From a bacterium (GTDB taxonomy: Bacteria; Patescibacteriota; UBA1384; CAILIB01): a stretch of 64,000 nucleotides of DNA. The DNA lies in the NCBI GenBank assembly GCA_037131105.1, contig JBAXRQ010000001.1, positions 560,589 to 624,588 on the forward strand, written 5' to 3'. The position numbers were made by a program, and so were the translations under genes. Under the pieces are notes generated by a model. It did no database searches, was not told the DNA's origin, and saw only the letters and a list, made by a program, of their open reading frames with translations. Shown in pieces: positions 17,655 to 27,560 of this stretch. The stretch's first letter is position 1, and every line of letters starts with the position of its first letter.

Positions 17655-20270
17655 TCAGACCTGGGGAGCAAGCTGAGGGGCAGGAGCTGGGGCCGGTTCA
17701 GGAGTGGCGGCGGGTACCGGTGCGAGTGGCGTTGAAGCCGTTGGAGCCACAGGAGCGACGGGTGCTGAAAGCCCCTTTGAGCGTAGGCGGATCTCGGACT
17801 CCACCAGCTCGCGGTCACGGCCGTACTTGAGGCGGGACAGCTGCTTGATCGCCTCCCCTACCTGGACGTTCTCGTTAGGGTCCGGCGGATAAGCAGCGGC
17901 ATTGAACGGCTTGGACGGACTTCCGTCGATAAGCATCTTGATGTAGTAGTTGTACTTTTCGGTATTGACCATGTCCTCTATCTCCAGTGGATCAAACTCC
18001 TTCTTAAAGAACTCAGCATCCGAGGCACCGATACGCCAGGTAAGCATAGTACCGACGTTACCGATGACGGCATTTCTCGTATCTTCATCAAGCTGTTCGA
18101 CAAACTGGTTGGTGATATTAAGCGACAGCTGGTACTTACGAGCTTCGGAGAGAATGGTGGCAAAAGTCTTGGACGTGAAGTTCTGGAACTCATCCACATA
18201 GAGATAAAATGGTACTCGTTCTGCCTCGGACTGGTTCTGACGTGAGAATGCGGCGATCTGGATCTTACCTGAGATGATCATACCGAGCAGCTGGGCGTTG
18301 ATATCTCCAAGCAGACCCTTCGGCAAGGTCACCAGGAGGATCTTCTTGCTGTCCATGGCCTCCCGAAAGTTGAAGGCGCTGTTCTGCTGGCCGATGATCG
18401 GCCGCATGATGTCATTGGTGGTGAACTGGGTGAGCTTGGAGGTGATGTACGGCACGATATTAGCAAGAGCCGCCTCTCCCCCAGCCTTTTCAGCCTCGTT
18501 CACCCAGAAGTCGATGACCACCTGGTTGCGGGTCTTGGAGAGTTTCAGCTTGCGGAACTCGGCGTCGGCCAGTACCTTTGGGATCTCCATAAGGGTGCTT
18601 CCCGAGTCAGGGTCGTCCATAACCAGCATCATGGCATTTCGCATGTACTGCTCAAACATAGGTCCTCCGGTGGCCTTCAGGTCATACAGCTTGTCGAAGA
18701 TGGAGATCATCTCGTTGATGACCATGGTCTTCTGCTCTGGATAGCGGGGGTCGAACTCAAGTAGGTTGAAGGCCATGGGGCGGGCGGTATCGGAAGGGTC
18801 AAACAGGATGACGTCCTCGGCCCGCTCCTTGGGAATGTGCTTGAGTATCCACTCGACGGCGTCACCGTTAGGATCCATGTAGCAGACCCCGTGCCCAGCC
18901 CGGATGTCCTGCAGTATCATGTTCTGGAACATAACCGTCTTACCTACACCAGTCTTTCCTATCATGTAGAAGTGGCGAGACCGGTCAGGATAGTTCATAT
19001 AGACCGGGATCTCAGTGCCACGGAAGGCGCTGTAGCCCAGCAATAGACCCGACTTCGGGATGTTGTTAGGAGGTGAAAGCCGGCGGGCACCCAGCCAGTG
19101 GATGTTTGGCGTGTCCAGTACCCGGTTTGGGAAATGGAAGATACTGGCCAGCTCCTCTGTGTTCAAGATAAAGCTAGGCTGGTCCTTGGAGAATAGACGC
19201 AGGATGTAGTCATTACGCAGATGCTGGCTACCGACTGCCGCGGTCTTAAACCCGTTCGACTCAGGCGCCTGATACTGAGAGAAAGCTGAGAGCATGGTCT
19301 GGACGTGGTTCTTAGCCTCAATCTCGGTAGCCGCCCAGGCCACGCAGCGGATCTGTACTTTGAAGCCTACCTTGCTGCCCTTCTCCACCATCAGCTTGGC
19401 TTGCTGCTCCTGCATGGCGGTAAGCCTGACATTAGCCTGGGTGGTGTTACCCGCCTCGTTATGAGTAGGTGCATCAGTCTTCTGGCTGGCCACTGCGGAC
19501 TGACCAACTTCCTTGGCAATATTTCCTACCTTCTGCATATTCGTGGTATGGAAGGATTTGCCCTGCTGCACGTTATGGAGCGCCTCCTCTATCTTATGCT
19601 GCCAGGACTGGTCGGTGGGCTGCACCAGGATCTGAATAGCGCCTCTCCCCTGCCCCATCTTGGATAGTGAGTTGGTCAAGCCATTCAGCGGATCATTCTC
19701 CAGGTTCTTATACGTTCTAATAGGAAATATTTGTTGCTTCATCAGCTGGATACCACCAGAGGCTGTAGCACCACCCTCCTTGATAAAGACGTCGTAATCC
19801 GTAGCCTCCTCGATCTGGGCAGCCGGGTATTGGCCATGGATCTGCCGCTCCACCTGATCCACCGTGTCAGAGGGACAGATAACATAAAAGAAAATCTCAC
19901 CATCATGGGCGGCTAGCTCAAAGGAAAAAGTCGGCTGGCCCTTCAGAAACGTATCAAACCAACTCGAGTCATAGAAATGATGCAGCGATGTGAATACCGC
20001 TTCCATGACGCCCATAATCTCCTTGGGATCACGCCGGTCGTCAGGATTGGCGAGCTGTTTAGGCATTGTCACCCGCAGAGCCCGTGTCTTCAAGGCGCGG
20101 TCTTGGTGCTGCTTGGTACGACGCATATAAATGTAGCGTGCCGCCACAGCCAAGCCGATAAGTAGAACAGCCAGTAGAAAGTCAGTCACTAAAAGTGCCG
20201 CCGTGTTGGTAGTACTGCTACCGCCGTCGGTGTAACTGGTGTCGTAGGTGTAGTCGGTGGTGTCTGCCAT
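17655..20270 (-). CDS. Second VirB4/VirD4-like ATPase with N-terminal TM (coupling-protein-like)
   Basis: N-terminal TM, HFYMIGKTGVGKT, DPNGD, LYVDEFQNF, LSEARKY; paralog of 14145..17072. Confidence 0.85.
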   Translation of the reverse strand: MADTTDYTYDTSYTDGGSSTTNTAALLVTDFLLAVLLIGLAVAARYIYMRRTKQHQDRALKTRALRVTMPKQLANPDDRRDPKEIMGVMEAVFTSLHHFYDSSWFDTFLKGQPTFSFELAAHDGEIFFYVICPSDTVDQVERQIHGQYPAAQIEEATDYDVFIKEGGATASGGIQLMKQQIFPIRTYKNLENDPLNGLTNSLSKMGQGRGAIQILVQPTDQSWQHKIEEALHNVQQGKSFHTTNMQKVGNIAKEVGQSAVASQKTDAPTHNEAGNTTQANVRLTAMQEQQAKLMVEKGSKVGFKVQIRCVAWAATEIEAKNHVQTMLSAFSQYQAPESNGFKTAAVGSQHLRNDYILRLFSKDQPSFILNTEELASIFHFPNRVLDTPNIHWLGARRLSPPNNIPKSGLLLGYSAFRGTEIPVYMNYPDRSRHFYMIGKTGVGKTVMFQNMILQDIRAGHGVCYMDPNGDAVEWILKHIPKERAEDVILFDPSDTARPMAFNLLEFDPRYPEQKTMVINEMISIFDKLYDLKATGGPMFEQYMRNAMMLVMDDPDSGSTLMEIPKVLADAEFRKLKLSKTRNQVVIDFWVNEAEKAGGEAALANIVPYITSKLTQFTTNDIMRPIIGQQNSAFNFREAMDSKKILLVTLPKGLLGDINAQLLGMIISGKIQIAAFSRQNQSEAERVPFYLYVDEFQNFTSKTFATILSEARKYQLSLNITNQFVEQLDEDTRNAVIGNVGTMLTWRIGASDAEFFKKEFDPLEIEDMVNTEKYNYYIKMLIDGSPSKPFNAAAYPPDPNENVQVGEAIKQLSRLKYGRDRELVESEIRLRSKGLSAPVAPVAPTASTPLAPVPAATPEPAPAPAPQLAPQV

Positions 20271-20287
20271 GCCCCTCGGTGGCTTTC

Positions 20288-20665
20288 TTAGGAAGTGGGA
20301 GTATCAGGTCCTGGATTCGCATTCTGGGACGCAAGCAACCGCAGGTTCGCCATGAACTGCGCCCTCTGCGAAAGGGGCATCTTCTCAAAATCCTCCGGAA
20401 GTTCGTGCAGGACAGAAACGACTCCAGGAGAACCTGCCCCGGTGTCACTGCCAGCTACGGCCTCAGGACCAGAATCAGGTGCGAGGGTTACCAGCGCAGT
20501 AGCACCCTCTACCGTACTATTAACCCCATCGACAGGACCCTCAACCTGCGCCGGAATCTGTTCTCCACCTGAAAGCACGGCGGCTTCGGGATTCTGCTGG
20601 TCAATCTGTTGAGTCTGGGCATCACGTAGCGACTCGGGAGTATTTGAACCTGGAAGCTCAGGCAT
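20288..20665 (-). CDS. Hypothetical low-complexity protein
   Basis: Fills the gap between co-oriented genes; ATG start. Confidence 0.55.
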   Translation of the reverse strand: MPELPGSNTPESLRDAQTQQIDQQNPEAAVLSGGEQIPAQVEGPVDGVNSTVEGATALVTLAPDSGPEAVAGSDTGAGSPGVVSVLHELPEDFEKMPLSQRAQFMANLRLLASQNANPGPDTPTS

Positions 20666-20721
20666 GGGATATCCGTTACTAGTTCATATTAAGCATACCA
20701 GCCCGGAGGTAAAGTCGAAAG

Positions 20722-23700
20722 CTATGAAGACCCACCCGGGAGCAGTACATCCTGAAGAGCCTCGTTATTGAGAATATTGGCCATGGCGGCTCCGATCAGG
20801 AGAATGCGGTTTTCCAGTGGGCTTCCGTCTGGGAGTTTTTTGTATCTTTCTCTTGTCGGGGCACTGAGTTGCCTTAGGCGAGTCAGCGCCTCCTTACGGC
20901 CGTCTCCTTCGGTCAGGTTAAGAAGCTCCATGACGCTTTCCCTATCCGCAAAGAAGTCCTCTAGGGCGGCATCATCCGCTGGCATCCCGTCCCCACCATT
21001 AATAAGCTCTTCTAGGTTCTTCTTTATACGATCAGAAAATGCCGGATATTTCTTTTCAGCTTCTGGAGGTGCGGCGCTTCTCAGCCTCAGCTGCAGCCTC
21101 CGCAAGCTATCCATAATAGAAGATGGTCGACTTTCTTCAGTAGAAGGAGTCACAGTCACGGCTGGCGGTTCTTCAGCTGGCGCTGCTTCGACTGTACCCG
21201 GATCAGCAACAGGCGGAGCCTCCAAATCACCCTCGTCCGCTACTGCTTCGATAGGGGCGCCTACGGGCTCCGCAGCAGGAGCCTCAGTCCCTGCACCAGC
21301 ATCCGGATCACCGGGAGCAGCTGGCGGCTCAGTAGTAACGGTCTCTGTACGACCCGCTACGGGATCACTATTATTGGCCTCCTTCTGCATGAACTGACCC
21401 TGTCTCCTTATGGTAAGGTCAAAGGAACGGACCGGCATGCAGCCTTCGGTACCATATGACCGGTCGTTGGCTTCGTTAAAGAGATATCTGCTCCAGTTCT
21501 TCACGAGTGGTACGAAATGCAGGGAAAGGGCCGGACGCCATGGACCCCGGGTATCAGTCGTAGCCGGATCCATAAGGGCCTTATAGGACTGCCTCAGAGC
21601 CTCTTGCCTCTCTAGGCTCGACAGCACCTCGTCATCAACCGCCATGAAGAGCTTCACATTTCCATTGAAGCGATCGTTGAAATCCTCAGGTGCGTTCTCA
21701 CCGAAACGCTTGGCACTACCCTGGTAGTCCCAGATCGCTTCCATTTTACCCCTCACCATGGCAGGTGACTGCTCAGGAGTAAAGGCAAGAAGAAATCTCT
21801 GCTCGTCTTTCGGCCAATCACTCAGGGTTTCAGCTGCTAACCTGAACGCGTCCCTGTGCAGCGGATTCCTAAGCTCGTCCCTGAAGTTCTTGGCCCCCGG
21901 ACCCGCGGCAGACCTGAGGCCATTCTTGTATGCCTCCCAGGAACCAAGCTCGGAGATACTGCCCACCCCATCATCCCCGGCACCGCCATCCTCGATGATC
22001 AGCTCAGTTTTTGTTGAGCGTAGCTTATTTTGAATGTAATACTCTTCAAGCTCGCTGACCTCGTATTTTATGCCGCCGTACCCCACGCTCTCCTCATTCC
22101 CCGCAAAGGGACCTTCGATGTTCAATGGCCGAAGGATTGCGGTGTCGGGGTCAGTCTCATAGTCAGCGTTATTGGGTCCGGACACCAAGTACACGTAATC
22201 AAACATAACAAGGTTTCCCTGTGCCGGCGTATCCATCTGGAAGACCGTTCCAGGCTTCTTCATGAGCTCCTGAAATTCGACCCGACGAGTTTCGCGCTCT
22301 GCAGGTGACAGTCCTGGCTCTGGCCGAACAGGAGCCTCTCTGCCTGCCGGAGGTCGTTCGGTAGGAGGTACTGGTGGTGCAGGTGGCACCGGAGCCTGAG
22401 GTCCCTCAGGCCCTCCGGGACGCGGAGGAGTGGGCGGTACTGGTGGAGCAGGTGGCACAGAAGCCGGCGGTGTCGCCGTTGCTGCCTCGGGCGTAGCAGG
22501 AGGAGCAGGCACAACAGACCCTTCTGGCTGCACTTGGCTGGCATTTCCTACCCCGCCTAGTGAAGTCAGCTCCGACTTGCCGCGAGCAGCGTTCAGGCGG
22601 GTCCTATTGGCCTCACCCATGGTGGCAATACCCTCGGACATGGCAGCGCCCGCCCCGAAGAAAGCCGTAAGCGGAACCGTCTGGGCAAGACTGTCCTTCA
22701 GAAAGGCACCGAAGATCTGCAGGCCACCGACCTCTGAATTATGGAAAAGCTGCAGGCCACGGCCAGTAGTTGCGTCATACATCGCCCCTCCCAGCCGTCT
22801 AGCGGCGTCCACCGCGTCTGTAGTTGCACCATTTCCGGGATATATGGCATGCAAGGTGTTCGGCGACACGTTTATCATGTCCTTCCTCTCAAGGACGAAC
22901 CTGGCCACTTTGTCGTGGGCCCCCTGTATCATCTTGGTCAGATGTCCCCTGGTTGAGTCGTGAGCCACGCTCATGCCGTCCAGCCGCACACCGTCGGCAC
23001 CGTACAGTGAGTTCTGCAGCCCATGCCAGTGATTGATGATGTTGTAGAGGCCACCGGTCAGGCTTCCAGCTGCGCCGCCGATCATTCCCGCCTTATTGAT
23101 CTGCTTGTCAGCCTCTTTCCTGGCCTTCATGAACTCACCGAACTTGGCCAGCTTCTCGTCGGCAGGTGGCTCACCAATATTCTTCAGACGGCTGTCGGTC
23201 GAGTCACGCATGCTGCGGGCAACAAAGCGCAGTAGGTCGGCCTTCTGCTCCTGAGTAGCCTCAGGTGCCGCTTCAGGATTCTCAGTAGTATGAATATAGC
23301 GCTGGGCATACTCAGTTGCCTTGCCGACATTCTCAGTCAGCTCCTGGAAGGCCGACCCTCCCAGAGTAGTGCCGTCTTCTTGCTCCTGGTAGAGCTTCTT
23401 CTCCTTGAAGTGGCGCATGATGCTGCGCCCGGCCATGGCACCGGCAAAGCTCAAGGCCGCCAGAGGTACAGCGGTTCCCATGGAAATGGTAGCCAGTCCT
23501 AACGCTGAAAGCCCCATGCCCACGCCGAGGCCGCCGGCAGTGGTCTTGGCGGTCCGCACTCCATCCTTTATGACCCGCTTCACATAACTTGGCTGTTTGA
23601 GGTTGACGTTTATTTCGGACTGAGGATCAATACCTCCCTGCGAGGAGAAGCTTTCGATATCCACACCGAACTGGTCGCAGGCCTCCTGCAGATTTTTGAA

Positions 23701-24240
23701 GCCTAGGCGGTGCACATACATCTCGCCGGCGATAGAGTCCCAGCCGTACTGCACCAGATCCCTAGCAATGAACAGCAGATCCTCCTCGTCAAGCTCCTCT
23801 CGGCGCTTCAGCTTTTCCTTGAAGCGAGTAAGAATAAGTCGACGGACAAGCTGGCGATGGGCGTCGGCGTCCAGCATTTCAGGCTCAGCCGGTACCTCGA
23901 TCGCCGGGGCAGGAGCTTCTTCAGCCGGAGGAGTTTCAACCAGAGGGGCAATGGCAGGCTCGGCCACAGGGTCAGCGGCAGGGACCTCAGGTTCAGGATC
24001 GGAAGCAGGGACTGGTTCCGGAGCGATAGGCTGCTCTTCACCGTTCAAGTAGAGCTCCTTCAATCGGGCCAGGTCATAGCGCTTATACTCACGCTCACGC
24101 TGGGCCAGCAGCCGTTTCTGCTGCTTGGGCTTATGGACGTTCTCCTCCATAAACTCATTCTTGTACTCGTTAACCCTGTCGGCGAGAGTGCCGGCATTGG
24201 TACGTGCGTTCTGCCATCCTTCCCCCCATGCGACAGCCAT
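20722..24240 (-). CDS. Large Pro/Ala/Glu-rich protein with Gly-rich hydrophobic segments
   Basis: 1172-aa ORF; AGGLGVGMGLSALGLATISMGTAVPLAALSFAGAMAG and several P-rich linkers. Confidence 0.75.
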   Translation of the reverse strand: MAVAWGEGWQNARTNAGTLADRVNEYKNEFMEENVHKPKQQKRLLAQREREYKRYDLARLKELYLNGEEQPIAPEPVPASDPEPEVPAADPVAEPAIAPLVETPPAEEAPAPAIEVPAEPEMLDADAHRQLVRRLILTRFKEKLKRREELDEEDLLFIARDLVQYGWDSIAGEMYVHRLGFKNLQEACDQFGVDIESFSSQGGIDPQSEINVNLKQPSYVKRVIKDGVRTAKTTAGGLGVGMGLSALGLATISMGTAVPLAALSFAGAMAGRSIMRHFKEKKLYQEQEDGTTLGGSAFQELTENVGKATEYAQRYIHTTENPEAAPEATQEQKADLLRFVARSMRDSTDSRLKNIGEPPADEKLAKFGEFMKARKEADKQINKAGMIGGAAGSLTGGLYNIINHWHGLQNSLYGADGVRLDGMSVAHDSTRGHLTKMIQGAHDKVARFVLERKDMINVSPNTLHAIYPGNGATTDAVDAARRLGGAMYDATTGRGLQLFHNSEVGGLQIFGAFLKDSLAQTVPLTAFFGAGAAMSEGIATMGEANRTRLNAARGKSELTSLGGVGNASQVQPEGSVVPAPPATPEAATATPPASVPPAPPVPPTPPRPGGPEGPQAPVPPAPPVPPTERPPAGREAPVRPEPGLSPAERETRRVEFQELMKKPGTVFQMDTPAQGNLVMFDYVYLVSGPNNADYETDPDTAILRPLNIEGPFAGNEESVGYGGIKYEVSELEEYYIQNKLRSTKTELIIEDGGAGDDGVGSISELGSWEAYKNGLRSAAGPGAKNFRDELRNPLHRDAFRLAAETLSDWPKDEQRFLLAFTPEQSPAMVRGKMEAIWDYQGSAKRFGENAPEDFNDRFNGNVKLFMAVDDEVLSSLERQEALRQSYKALMDPATTDTRGPWRPALSLHFVPLVKNWSRYLFNEANDRSYGTEGCMPVRSFDLTIRRQGQFMQKEANNSDPVAGRTETVTTEPPAAPGDPDAGAGTEAPAAEPVGAPIEAVADEGDLEAPPVADPGTVEAAPAEEPPAVTVTPSTEESRPSSIMDSLRRLQLRLRSAAPPEAEKKYPAFSDRIKKNLEELINGGDGMPADDAALEDFFADRESVMELLNLTEGDGRKEALTRLRQLSAPTRERYKKLPDGSPLENRILLIGAAMANILNNEALQDVLLPGGSS

Positions 24241-24242
24241 AC

Positions 24243-24590
24243 TCAGGCCTCCTGTGGGAGGGCAGTTACGGCGATATCCGGGTCAATAGCGGCCTTGAAG
24301 GTAGCGGCCAGCTCAAATCGGTAGCGCATAGCCTCCTCAGTGATAAGGGCGGCCAGGTCTATCCCCTGCGCCTCGATGTAAGGAATCATGTCGTCGGCGG
24401 AAAGCTCGGAGAAATGATGGCGCTGGTCTTCGGGAAGCATCTCGTAGACGGTGAGATATACCCGTCCCTGGACAGTCTGATTCATGGTCTTGAGCAGCTC
24501 TTCCTTCTCATCCTCAGGCAAGCCCTGCAGACCAAGGAGGGTGAAGAAATCCTCTTCGAGAATATCCTGGAGAGTCAGAGAAAACGACAT
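24243..24590 (-). CDS. DUF5663-like acidic helical protein
   Basis: LGLQGLPEDEKEELLKTMNQTVQGRV pattern common in CPR; start placed at ATG 24590. Confidence 0.65.
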   Translation of the reverse strand: MSFSLTLQDILEEDFFTLLGLQGLPEDEKEELLKTMNQTVQGRVYLTVYEMLPEDQRHHFSELSADDMIPYIEAQGIDLAALITEEAMRYRFELAATFKAAIDPDIAVTALPQEA

Positions 24591-24710
24591 GGGCAGGCTA
24601 TTAGTTTTCCTTATGATACGCCCGGGAGGGAATGAAGCGCAAGTACACAAAACATCCGGCCCTCTTGTGAGGTACCGGATGCAATGGATGTTCTTGTGCA
24701 GTCACGGCGA

Positions 24711-25766
24711 CTATGCTGTCGCTGGAGCTGCTGTGCCCGGAGGCGGCGTAGGAGCCGGCGTCGGGGCGGGAGTTGTGGTGGCCGGTGTGGCCGGGGTGCC
24801 AGTAGCTGGCGTCGCAGTCGCACCGGTTGTAGCCGGTGGTGCCGTGACGGTCGCTGTGGCCGGCTTCTTGAAAAGCCAGGCCAACGCAACCAGTATCAGG
24901 ATGCCGAGCCCTACCAGTCCCCAGTTTATCTGGATGACGCTGTTGACGCCGCTCCGGATGTCGCTGCCCTGGGCCTTGATCTCGGTTGCCTGCTTCTGGA
25001 TGTCGGTCGCCTGATCCCCGATAGTGGCCAGTGAGGTCAGGAAGTCTTTGTCGTCAACCTCCTGCTTGCTGGCTACTCCGTTGATCGTGGTGACAACCGT
25101 TGCCAGTGTGGCAGTGTTGGCGCTCGTTGAGGCCTGAACCGCCTTCACGCCAGTGGCAATCGCGTCGATCTTCTTACCCAGGCCGTCGAACTTGGCGTCG
25201 GTCCGCTTTTCGGAAGCGGCGACCAGGCCTTTTACGGCGACTAGTGTCACGCCAGACTTGCTCACCCTTCCACCAGTTGCCTTGCGGCTTGCGGCGTGGT
25301 GACGGACAGATCCACCGCTGCGGTGGCGGCGAACACCCCCACCGTGATGGCGGTGATGACGGACCGGAGCAGCAGGGGCAGCCGCGGGTGCGGCGGCCGA
25401 ATGCGTGTCCGGCACGACCTCGGGGGCCGGTTTGGTCTCCGGGTCAGGAGCGGGATCTGGCTCGGTGGCAATGCCACTGTCGCCGTCTTCCACGTCATTG
25501 CCTTCGTCCTCTCCAACCCCGTATTCGGGAGCAGGGGCGGCTTCGGGCAATCCTGCCTGCGGGGCAGGCGGGGCCAGTGCCAGCCGTTCTCCACTCTGGC
25601 CTTCAGGGGCCTTCGGGGCGGAAACGGTTGTTTCAAAGCCCGGGTTCGGCGCCGGGGCGCCTATGCTGGCCTGACTTCTTCCAGTCGAGCTGGTGGACGT
25701 CATATGGACCGCCACACCGAGTACCATGCCGATCGCCAATGCGACGATCACAATTCGATTTTTCAT
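24711..25766 (-). CDS. Membrane-anchored surface protein with coiled coil
   Basis: AGGAGG SD before ATG 25766; N-terminal signal/TM, P/acidic linker, His/Arg cluster, heptad region, C-terminal TM, P/T/A tail. Confidence 0.72.
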   Translation of the reverse strand: MKNRIVIVALAIGMVLGVAVHMTSTSSTGRSQASIGAPAPNPGFETTVSAPKAPEGQSGERLALAPPAPQAGLPEAAPAPEYGVGEDEGNDVEDGDSGIATEPDPAPDPETKPAPEVVPDTHSAAAPAAAPAAPVRHHRHHGGGVRRHRSGGSVRHHAASRKATGGRVSKSGVTLVAVKGLVAASEKRTDAKFDGLGKKIDAIATGVKAVQASTSANTATLATVVTTINGVASKQEVDDKDFLTSLATIGDQATDIQKQATEIKAQGSDIRSGVNSVIQINWGLVGLGILILVALAWLFKKPATATVTAPPATTGATATPATGTPATPATTTPAPTPAPTPPPGTAAPATA

Positions 25767-25821
25767 TTCTACCTCCTGTCGTGATTTGGCTCCCCCTTGT
25801 CGGGTAGCGGACAGTGGCCGC

Positions 25822-25850
25822 ATTAAACCACAAAAACAGCCTTTTGTCAA
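25822..25850 (-). promoter_or_regulatory. Sigma70 promoter for the 25766 gene
   Basis: TTGACA-17-TTTAAT with TG. Confidence 0.7.
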
Positions 25851-25876
25851 GGCCCTTAGGCTCTCACAGCCTATTA

Positions 25877-27079
25877 CTATAGACCGAAGGCAGCTCTTAG
25901 CAGTGAGGTCTTGCCACATCGTATGGCATTAGCAAGATGCGAGGTCACTAAGGAAAGCACCGCTACATTATGCAAGGTCAGGATCCGATAGCCCAGCATC
26001 TCGTGCTCCTTTATATAATGGTGCAGACTGGCCCGGGTGAATCCAACCAGATCCTTTGGCAGGGGTCCGAAGCCTACCAACGGGTTGGGATCAGCTGCAA
26101 ACCGGGCATTGTTCAGGTTCCAGCGCTCAAAGGCCAGATTGCCCTGTAGCAATGTGTCGGTATCCCCTTCCCAGAAGGCCCTTACCGTACCCTCGTCCCC
26201 TACCGGTATCCAGACCGCCCCGTGCCGGGCCAGGCGGCTGGGAGAGACGCAGTCATACATGTCTACACCTCTGAGAGTAGCCTCTACCAGATCGGTAGGC
26301 TCGCCCAGCCCCATGAAGTAGCGCGGCTTCTCGAGTGGCAACAGGGAGTTAATAGACTCGACAGCCTGCCACATCTCAGCCTTGCCTTCGCCCACGGAAA
26401 GGCCGCCGATGGCATTTCCAGGGAGATCAAGAGCAGCAACCGCCTCTGCCGACGTACGGTGCAGATCGGTATGGATGCCGCCCTGCACAATGCCAAAGAG
26501 AGCCTGCTTTCCAGGTTCGGACTTCTTCCACTCTTCAGCGCTTCGCTCAAGCCAGCGCATGCTCCGCTCCATCGCCTCCTTGGCCGCTAACGGGTCAGAG
26601 AGGCCATAGACCGGCTGGTCGAAGGCCATTATGATGTCGGCACCCAGGTTACGCTGGATGTCTATGCTCTTTTCAGGGGTAAACAGGTGCTTGGAGCCGT
26701 CCAGGTGTGAATGGAAGGTAATCCCCTCCTCTGCCACGCTTCTTAGAGCGGTCTTCTCGGTACCGGCCATCCCCCGCTCCCCGAGGGAAAACACCTGAAA
26801 ACCTCCACTATCGGTAAGAATAGGACCGTCCCACTGCATAAACTGATGCAGTCCGCCCACTTCCTTCACCAACCCATCGCCAGGCCTGAGGTACATATGG
26901 TAGGTATTGGCCAGGATAACCTGGGATCCAACCTGTGAAAGCTCGGCAGGAGATACGGACTTTACCGCCCCGTGCGTGCCCACTGGCATGAACACAGGAG
27001 TGTTGACCACCCCGTGCGGAGTAGTCAACTGACCTGTACGGGCCTCCCCATCGGTAGCGGTGACAGTGAATTCAAACAT
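25877..27079 (-). CDS. tgt: tRNA-guanine transglycosylase
   Basis: TPVFMPVGT, LANTYH, LTDSGGFQVFSL, FGIVQGG, AIGGLSVGE, PRYFMG, GVDMYDCV. Confidence 0.95.
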   Translation of the reverse strand: MFEFTVTATDGEARTGQLTTPHGVVNTPVFMPVGTHGAVKSVSPAELSQVGSQVILANTYHMYLRPGDGLVKEVGGLHQFMQWDGPILTDSGGFQVFSLGERGMAGTEKTALRSVAEEGITFHSHLDGSKHLFTPEKSIDIQRNLGADIIMAFDQPVYGLSDPLAAKEAMERSMRWLERSAEEWKKSEPGKQALFGIVQGGIHTDLHRTSAEAVAALDLPGNAIGGLSVGEGKAEMWQAVESINSLLPLEKPRYFMGLGEPTDLVEATLRGVDMYDCVSPSRLARHGAVWIPVGDEGTVRAFWEGDTDTLLQGNLAFERWNLNNARFAADPNPLVGFGPLPKDLVGFTRASLHHYIKEHEMLGYRILTLHNVAVLSLVTSHLANAIRCGKTSLLRAAFGL

Positions 27080-27096
27080 AGGTACAGAGTAGCACC

Positions 27097-27120
27097 AAAA
27101 AGGCCCCTTGCGGGGCCTTT
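27097..27120 (-). terminator. Terminator after rplL
   Basis: aaaggcccc-ttgc-ggggccttt. Confidence 0.75.
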
Positions 27121-27136
27121 GAGGGCTTCGATTGAG

Positions 27137-27523
27137 TTACTTCAATTCTACGGTAGCGCCAGCTCCCTCGAGCTTGGCCTTGGCGGCGTCAGCCTCGTCC
27201 TTCTTGACGTTGGCCAGAACCTCCTTAGGAGCACCGTCAACCAGGTCCTTGGCTTCCTTCAGGCCCAGGTCGGCGCGAACTTCGCGTACAGCCTTGATCA
27301 CGTTGATCTTCTGGTCACCAGCGGCAGCCAGGACAACGGTGAAGGAGGTCTTCTCCTCAGCGGCCTCAGCAGGAGCAGCAGCGCCGGCAGGAGCCATCAT
27401 CATAGGAGCGGCAGCGGAAACACCGAACTTCTCTTCAAGTTCCTTTACGAGCTCGGAAAGCTCAAGGACGGTCAGCTTCTCAATCTTCTCAATCAGGTCG
27501 GCAAAGTTTGACTTGTCAGCCAT
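27137..27523 (-). CDS. rplL: 50S ribosomal protein L7/L12
   Basis: [42 protein letters not shown]. Confidence 0.98.
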   Translation of the reverse strand: MADKSNFADLIEKIEKLTVLELSELVKELEEKFGVSAAAPMMMAPAGAAAPAEAAEEKTSFTVVLAAAGDQKINVIKAVREVRADLGLKEAKDLVDGAPKEVLANVKKDEADAAKAKLEGAGATVELK

Positions 27524-27560
27524 GGTATATAGTTAGCGGCTTTATGTAAGTGGAAACGAA

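Noticed and set aside
14145-20270. Integrative conjugative element
   Set aside because: No integrase, relaxase, att repeats or compositional shift across the ATPase genes
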